Shown: positions 56,635 through 64,000 of the stretch, piece after piece
How positions within the stretch are numbered: the stretch's first letter is position 1
How the letters are laid out: every line of letters starts with the position of its first letter
Origin: Octopus vulgaris
Lineage: Eukaryota
NCBI GenBank assembly: GCA_951406725.2
Contig: CATOCA020000001.1
Coordinates: forward strand, 5,704,001-5,768,000
Direction of reading: 5' to 3'
DNA: 64,000 bases
Notes under the pieces: generated by a model
Told to the model about the DNA's origin: nothing
Databases searched by the model: none
What the model saw: the letters and a program-made list of their open reading frames with translations, nothing else
Made by a program: the position numbers and the translations under genes

Positions 56635-57732
56635 AAAAAGTGGGAGGAATACATTTTCTCAAAGTGAACAAACAGCCATAGTTACAAGGGGCCTGACCTA
56701 TTGTGGGTGTTTGCTAGTTTATTACTTCAACCCTGATATGAACCTGCTTCTTATTTTATCGACACTAAAAGGTTAAATGTGAATGTTAGCATTGGCAGAA
56801 TTCGAACCCAGACATGGAAAATCTCAGGAAAAAGCCAAGAATATGAGTAACAATGTGTTGGCTGCATCAATATTGTAGATATATAGTTCTACAATTGGCC
56901 CAAGGCCTTCCACTGTTGTCGATATATGATTTAAGAACAAAAATAAGAAGATTTAGCTGCTGTTTCTAGCACATGAAATGATCACATGCTACCATCCACG
57001 CATCTGTCTACATATTGTTAAAAATACATTTAGAATATTTAGCTATTGTTTCTAGCACAAGGCATGACTACCTGCAAACACCTACGTTTTTTTTGTACAT
57101 ATAGATAAAGTAAATAGATAGGAGATTTTGCTGTTGTTTCTAGCTCATCATATAAGCACCAACATCCTTCCACGTCTTTCTCTAATATAATTTAAGTAGA
57201 CATATATGTATGTATACACCAACACACACACACATTCCTATATATATATATACACACATTGAGTGAGTGAGAGATAGAGCATAATCAAAATAACCAGATA
57301 AAAGTTTGTTTTTTACGTAGATATGTATATATATTAATATATATATATGTATATCTATCTATGTATATATACTTATATATATATATGTATATCTATCTAT
57401 CCTATTATCTATATATATATATATATACATATATATACACACACGCATACACACATATATATATATATGTATGTATATGCACCCATATGTGTGTATGTAT
57501 GCGTGTTTGTGTTAGTTTGCTATAAACTTCTGTGTGTATGGTTGTTCAACTGCCAATACTGTATATGCGATTATGTGTATATGTTCTTTGAATGAACACA
57601 CATACACACACACACACAGATATCTCTCTTAATATGAATGTATATATGTACGTATGTGTATGAACTTACACACACATGTATATATAAGTGCACACATAAC
57701 GATGTATATATATCTGTATTTATATATATATA

Positions 57733-58120
57733 GGCGCAGGAGTGGCTGTTTGGTAAGAAGCTTGTTAACCAACCACATGGTTCCGGGTTCAGTCCCACTG
57801 CGTGGCATCTTGGGCAAGTGTCTTCTGCTATAGCCCCGGGCCGACCAATGCCTTGTGAGTGGATTTGGTAGACGGAAACTGAAAGAAGCCTGTCGTATAT
57901 ATGTATATATATATGTATTTGCGTGTGTGTGTCTGTGTTTGTCCCCCTAGCATTGCTGGTGTGTTTACGTCCCCGTTACTTAGCGGTTTGGCAAAAGAGA
58001 CCGATATGATAAGTACTGGGCTTACAAAGAATAAGCCCTGGGGTCGATTTGCTCGACTAAAAAGGCGGTGCTCCAGCATGGCCGCAGTCAAATGACTGAA
58101 ACAAGTAAAAGAGTAAAAGA
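57733..58120 (+). mobile_element. SINE family 1, near full length
   Basis: ggcgcaggagtggctg...atgactgaaacaagtaaaaga. Confidence 0.9.
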
Positions 58121-58328
58121 GAAAGTATTTGTACCTGAGAAAAACGTACAAAAAAGATTTGTGGGCGTATCAGCATATAGCATTTTCCAAAACCCATCCG
58201 CCAGATGGGAGGCTGATCAATGATTTTGCATCTTTCGTTTATGAAAATGATAACCATTCGTTTATAGATGACTAGCAGTATCGCCCGGCGTTGCTCGGGT
58301 TTGTAAGGGAAATAACTACATAAGCAAT

Positions 58329-59216
58329 ATGCTGCTGAACGAGGATAAATTTGAGCTAATCCACTTTGGAAAAGAGGATGCCCTGAAACTCCCATACTCC
58401 CTTCCTTCAGGTGAAACTCTCGCGGCGTCCAACAACATCAGAGACTTGGGAGTAATTGTGGACAACAACGTAAGCTGGGCCACTCATATAAACACCAAAG
58501 TTGACATGGCCCGCAGAATGTGTTCCTGGATTCTCAGAACTTTCCAGTCGAGAGATATCCACACCATTATCCTTCTCTTCTCCACTTTTGCCCGACCCCA
58601 CCTTGAATACTGTTGTCCACTGTGGTCTCCCCACACAATACAAGGTATCATAAAAGTTGAAGCACCTCAAAGGGCAATCACAAAAAAAAAATAGATGGCA
58701 TGACAGGCCTCGACTATTGGGGTCGACTAGAAAAGCTAAAACTCTATTCTCTCCAACGTCGTCGTGAGCGCTACATCATCTGCATGATGTGGAAAATATT
58801 CCATCAGCATTGCCCAAATGATGTTGGCATCACCTTTAAGGTACATCCAAGGCTTGGGCCCCGTGCCATCCGCCCAAAACAAAAATCGCACTCTCATCTC
58901 ATAACAACAATACGGCACAATTATTTCACCTCAATTGGCCCCGCTCTCTTTAACATTACACCAAAACACATTAAAACAGAAACTGACCCCATAGGGTTCA
59001 AGAAGTCTTTGGACAGATTCCTTCAAGAAATCCCGGATAAACCCCCTACACCCGGATATGTCTCTGTAAACAATAACTCTCTACTTGAGTGGGCCATAGT
59101 GCCCAAATTCTGACTTGAAAGACTTCACCAGGTGGTGCTATTAAGTTAGACATGGCCTGGGCCAATAATGGCGGAAACCTATCAAAGTAAGTATCAAAGT
59201 AAGTATCAAAGTAAGT
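58329..59216 (+). mobile_element. 5'-truncated CR1-like LINE (ORF2 C-terminus, 3' UTR, tandem tail)
   Basis: IRDLGVIVDNNVSW...RPHLEYCCPLWSP...YWGRLEKLKLYSLQRRRERY...FKKSLDRFL. One frameshift in an A10 run; ends in (TATCAAAGTAAG)3. Confidence 0.92.
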
Positions 59217-59242
59217 ATATATATATACGTTTAAATATTTGT

Positions 59243-59380
59243 TGTGCAGATTAAGATATTGTCCACACATAGAACAGATGCAACAATTAGACAAATTACA
59301 GAAGCTACACATATAATAGAAAATAAACCTAGCCTGAATAGAAAACTAGAATGGAGCAATAGCGCACACCACAACATATG
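59243..59380 (+). mobile_element. Penelope-like GIY-YIG C-terminal fragment
   Basis: VQIKILSTHRTDATIRQITEATHIIENKPSLNRKLEW, parallel to the 42.8 kb fragment. Confidence 0.6.
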
Positions 59381-59805
59381 ACAATAGTGGATCCTGCAAA
59401 CATAATAAATACACAGGTAATTAAAGAAATAGAAATGAATATCTATATGTGTATATATGTGTGTATATATGTATATATATGTATATGTATATATTATATG
59501 TATGTATATATATATATGTATATGTATATTCTTTTTTTTTTTTTTCGATTAGATTTATTATTATTATTACTAATATTGTTGTTATACATACATACAAGCA
59601 TATGTAATGATAATAATGGGTGGATGTAAACACATGAACAAAATTAGAACAAAAGCAACAACAACAAAAACAAAATACAAATTACAAGAATGTATATAAC
59701 CAGAAGATACAAATATTACAGGCATCCCCCCACACACACACTAAATAAACATAGACGCACATAGAGATATAAGCATGCGCAAATGAAGACATACAATAGA
59801 AATAC

Positions 59806-59905
59806 NNNNNNNNNNNNNNNNNNNNNNNNNNNNNNNNNNNNNNNNNNNNNNNNNNNNNNNNNNNNNNNNNNNNNNNNNNNNNNNNNNNNNNNNNNNNNNN
59901 NNNNN
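59806..59905. other. Assembly gap (100 N, probably of unknown true size)
   Basis: Exactly 100 N. Confidence 0.99.
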
Positions 59906-60539
59906 TCCAATACAAACTCGCTAGCACTTTTAACATAGGTGTGCATATTTTTAGCCAAATCCAACCACATATGCACACAGTATATATATAAATTAACACA
60001 ATATATCTGTTTAATAATATCTGTTATGACTGTGCGATGGAGGTGGGCGATATTAATTCACCGTTCTAAAAGACCTGTGGCGAGAATATTTAAACTTTTG
60101 CGGTTGTCATCGCTTTCTGTCTATAGATACAGACAGATGTACAGTGAGAGAGGTGGTGCAAGAAAGAGTGACAGAGAGACATCGTTATAGAGGGATCAAA
60201 AAATCACTCTTTTTGCCATAGCAACCACATCTTATAGCTTGCGAATTTTAACCATCGCGGGTCTCATTCTCACCACGCATTTAGTATCCTTGCCTCGGTT
60301 TGGCTGCCATTAACCTCCAAAGCAAAATGTGCATAAAATTTTCGTCAAAGGACTGTCTTATAGATATGAATAACACCACAAATAATATAAGTTATACCAG
60401 AAAAGAGAACAGCAACAACATAGCAAGGCCTTCAGACATAACAACTAAATCAACACCACATAGACATATCCACGCAGATCAATAATGTTTCTTTAATTAA
60501 GTGGATTGGAGAGAAAAACAGGGTATATAAGGCATCGGA

Positions 60540-61103
60540 TTTTGTGCGCAAGAGAGAAGTCTACCATGGTATGGTTATGTGATGCATATGGATGAAGATA
60601 GCTTCATCAAGAAGTGGTGATCTCTCATTGTGGAGGGAATGTGTGGAGGGGGTAGACCCAGAAAGACGTGCAATAATGTGGTGAGAAAGGACCGTCAGAC
60701 GTTGGGCCTCACAGAGGGGATGAAATGGGAGCGATACTTTTGGCAGTCTGCTGTACTTGAGATGATATGCCAAGCTAAGTCGTCGTTGTCCTTGCATACT
60801 GTCATGACCCCTGTATCATTCTTCGTCTGAGATATCCTAATCTTGTGGGATCATGGGTGCTGATGCTTCGGAAAAATCACCCATGCTGGTGTCACATACA
60901 AATATCCGTGTCGGTGCTGCAGAAAAGCACGCAGTACATTATGTAAATTGGGTGGCATTAGGAAGGACGTCCAACTATCGAAACCATGCGAAAAGAGATA
61001 TGGAGCCCAGGTAGCTTTTCAGCTGACCAGCTTCTGTCAAAGCGTCGAACCCATGCCAGCTTTGAAAACAGTCGATACATTATCATGATGATGATGATGA
61101 TGA
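60540..61103 (+). mobile_element. RTE-clade LINE 3' end, degenerate, with (TGA)n tail
   Basis: WYGYVMHMDED...VEGMCGGGRPRKT..VVRKD...LGLTE. Related tail fragments at ~26690-26835 and ~22000-22160 (-). Confidence 0.75.
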
Positions 61104-61359
61104 ATTAATAAGGAAACATCTTTTGATGAAGAAAGTGAAGTAAGGGAAGTAAGAATCGGTGTCACAGTTGAGGCAGAACACCAACGCATAGTTGATAAAT
61201 TGTTCAGTGTTAGTCTGATGGACTATTCCAGTGGGTGGGGAGGTCGCTGGCTGCCAGAGTAGGTTCCTCTCACCAAAGTAGACATTACAACAATACACAG
61301 ATGACCATCAACTGCCTGAATAGTAGTCAGTCATCTGTAGTGAGCTTTATTCATATGGG

Positions 61360-61688
61360 AATAGCCCAATGTCATAATTCAAAACTAACGCAGCGAAAAT
61401 TTTGAAAAGTTCCCCCAGTTCTGAAAAAATTCGATAAATTCGACATGGAGTCGAGAATCTAAACTTTTTATATGCAACACATCTTCTGTCTAGAGGACGC
61501 AACTCGACCTTTTTATCGCCCAAAGGGACAGCTAGGAACATCGTATACACAGAAGTATTCGAGTGAAGAGAAGATATTGCAACCTACACACGCACCTTCG
61601 TTCCCTAGAGGGAAAGGACTAGATTGGGATTAGTCGTTGCCTACTAGGGGCTCTTACATACCCGGGCAATGCCGGGCTATGCTGCTAG
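61360..61688 (+). mobile_element. Helitron-derived element, 3' part
   Basis: Shares sequence with 51176-51320; hairpin cccgggcaatgccggg followed by CTAG|t. Confidence 0.75.
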
Positions 61689-62147
61689 TATTATATAAAA
61701 GAAATGTGACAGAGAGCTGTTTCAGGCAGAATTCTTCATGGAATGGACAAGATGTATTTATTATCATGGCCCCAGCACTATAAATGTTACTGTCTATCAT
61801 ATGAACCTCTCTTCTACCCAGTATCATTGTTAATTCAGAATAATATCTCCTGTCTTGAATAGATCATTTCTCCTTCAAATTTTGATGACCGTGTTTGTAT
61901 GGCCAACATTCGAGATGGATCACCTTCTCTACCATGGAGAGGTCGTGCCTTTGAGGACGGAAGGGGACGGAATAGAGAATAGTGTTTGTTACATAATAAT
62001 ATAACTAAGGGTTACCATTGTGACTGGATCAGGAAATGGTAATGGAGGATGGGGTTGGTAGGTGAGAATTGCGATATAAACAATGTCTGTTTCTGTCTGT
62101 CTTTCTCTGTCAGTTTGTCTATTTTACACACACACAGACGCACAAAT

Positions 62148-62197
<50 letters not shown>

Positions 62198-62220
62198 TCA
62201 CAAACAATGTGAAAACTTAC

Positions 62221-62433
62221 CTGATCTAACATGGTCATGTGCTCCACCTCAGAATGAAAGTTGTTTTCTCTTTTTAACGCCAGATGCAGGCAATTATTTC
62301 CTCCATGTTCGACAACATTTACATTCGCGCCCCTGGCTATCAGCCGCTGCATTATTCCGAGGTGACCCTCCGAAACAGCTTCAAGCAATGGTGTCCTATA
62401 TTTTTTGTTCACAATTTCTAAATTCACCGAATC
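62221..62433 (-). CDS. Internal ankyrin-repeat exon (DSVNLEIVNKKYRTPLLEAVSEGHLGIMQRLIARGANVNVVEHGGNNCLHLALKRENNFHSEVEHMTMLDQ); paralog or misplaced part of the same gene
   Basis: Acceptor ccacaaag|GAT, donor CAG|gtaagt, 213 bp, phase 0/0. TPLLEAV-GHL and GANVN-GNNCLHLA are ankyrin motifs. Confidence 0.88.
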
Positions 62434-62885
62434 CTTTGTGGAGGTAAAAATGGAAAATGAAAATTTACATGAAAATCAGGGTTGATATCAATGTCATTAC
62501 AGTTTTCTACTGGGTACTAGATCAAACTGATCAAATACATTTGATGTTTGTCAGTGAAATAAATCTTCCATAAGGACCTTCTATAACCTGATACATGTGT
62601 GTGTTAGAGACATGATAAACATATTAAGATGTCCTACATTTGCCCCTCACTATAGTAAGTTGTAGGGCAACAGAACTAGAGTAAACACATGATTAGCAGA
62701 TCAAGTCAAGTAAAGAAGAATTATGATTTCTAATGTTTACTTTTGACGTTGCTACATTAATAAGGGGTTCATAAAACTGCTGAGCCGGTTAGCGTCCACA
62801 TGCATAAAACTAATGCGCACGCACGCACACACACACATAAACATCAGTGTTACATATATAAATACATATAATGAATTGGGGAAAC

Positions 62886-63301
62886 GGAGTTCACGAGAAT
62901 ATGCATCACAACGACCGTTTCGACCCATCTTGCAACGGTCGCTTGCGGGTGGGCTACTATACAACGTGTTGTGTTGCATCCTCCAGTGCAGATGCATCTC
63001 ATCGGGTACCTTGTTTTAATGTAAAGATACCTCACTAAATATATTCAGTTTCACTTGACATGTTGTTGCTAGGAGCTTCTTGGATTACAACATGAGAGAC
63101 AACAGCCTTCTGGCAACAACAACATTCCAAGCGAAACCGAATATATTTACAGAGGTATCTTCTTTAAAACAAGACACCCGATGACATGCATCTGCAACGG
63201 AGGATGTACAACGACCAGTTATACAATATCCTACCTGCAAGGGCCCGATGCAAGATGGATTGAAACAATCGTTGCGATGAATGAAAATTCTCGTTAACTC
63301 C
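62886..63301. repeat. Imperfect ~415-bp palindrome with two hammerhead-like arms
   Basis: 62886-~63075 is the diverged reverse complement of ~63108-63301. Confidence 0.8.
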
Positions 63302-63499
63302 ATTTTCTGCTTCCCTCAGTCATTATAAACTGAACGAACACTGCAGAATACATGAGGTAGATCCAGTGTCACTTATAGCTCAACTGTGGATGACATGAGG
63401 TAACCGAATCAGCGAAAGATCTTTAAGCGTCATACTTCTAAATGTATACACAAATTCCAAATATTTACAAATACACACGCACACACACACACACATACA

Positions 63500-64000
63500 G
63501 GGAAGATGATGCTTTGGACGGGAAGAATTACAGAGGTATCAAACTATTAGATGAAGCAATGAAAATTACTCAGAGGGTCACAGACAAAATAATTAGGACG
63601 TGTGTTAGACCAGAAGAAGTGCAATTTGGTTTTGTGCCAGAGCGAAGCACCTCTGATGCTATATTCCTGGTAAGGCAGCTGCAGGAGAAGTACCTAGCCA
63701 AAGATAAACCCTTGTACTGGGCCTTTGTTAAACACGGAGAAAGGCTTTGACAGGATTCCTCGATCCCTTATTTGCTGGTCACTGCAAAAGCTAGGGATGG
63801 ACGAATGGTTGGTGAGAGCGTTACAAGTCATGTACAGGGATGCTGTCAGTAAGGTGAGGTTTGGCATCGTGTGTAGCAATCAATTAGGGTACAAGTAGGG
63901 GTTCATCATGGATTAGTCCTCAGCGCCTTCCTGTTTATCAGAGTCCTCCAGGCAATAACAGAGGGATTTAAGATGACCGCTTCTAGGAGATCCCCAATGC
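63500..64000 (+). mobile_element. RTE-clade LINE reverse transcriptase fragment
   Basis: NYRGIKLL...QFGFVPERSTSDAIFLVRQLQEKYL...LYWAFV, then a frameshift to FDRIPR...W..QKLG. Confidence 0.88.

Overview
Eukaryotic, AT-rich DNA saturated with microsatellites and SINEs. The repeat families look cephalopod (Octopus-like); this is an inference. Nearly all ORF-track entries are simple-repeat artefacts. The real coding content is a minus-strand, intron-containing ankyrin-repeat gene. I rebuilt it from five phase-compatible GT-AG exons (21465-21388, 11151-10994, 8897-8750, 5480-5326, 852-816; 192 codons; it runs off the left edge). A further ankyrin exon (62433-62221) lies beyond a 100-N gap and is either a paralog or a misplaced contig. 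The introns hold kb-scale (CAT)n/(TAT)n arrays and an ~8 kb pyrimidine satellite. Upstream is a ~13.5 kb tandem segmental duplication (about 21.6-35.2 kb and 37.1-50.4 kb) plus inverted partial copies. Mobile elements include degraded DD37D Tc1/mariner, Gypsy, Penelope, RLE-type, RTE and CR1-like fragments, tRNA-derived SINEs, Helitrons and MITEs. The most notable hidden signal is a set of minimal type-I hammerhead ribozyme motifs with palindromic stem III (35.5, 52.0, 53.5, 62.9/63.2 kb). One has a compensatory U3-A8 core, and two form an inverted pair in a ~415 bp palindrome.
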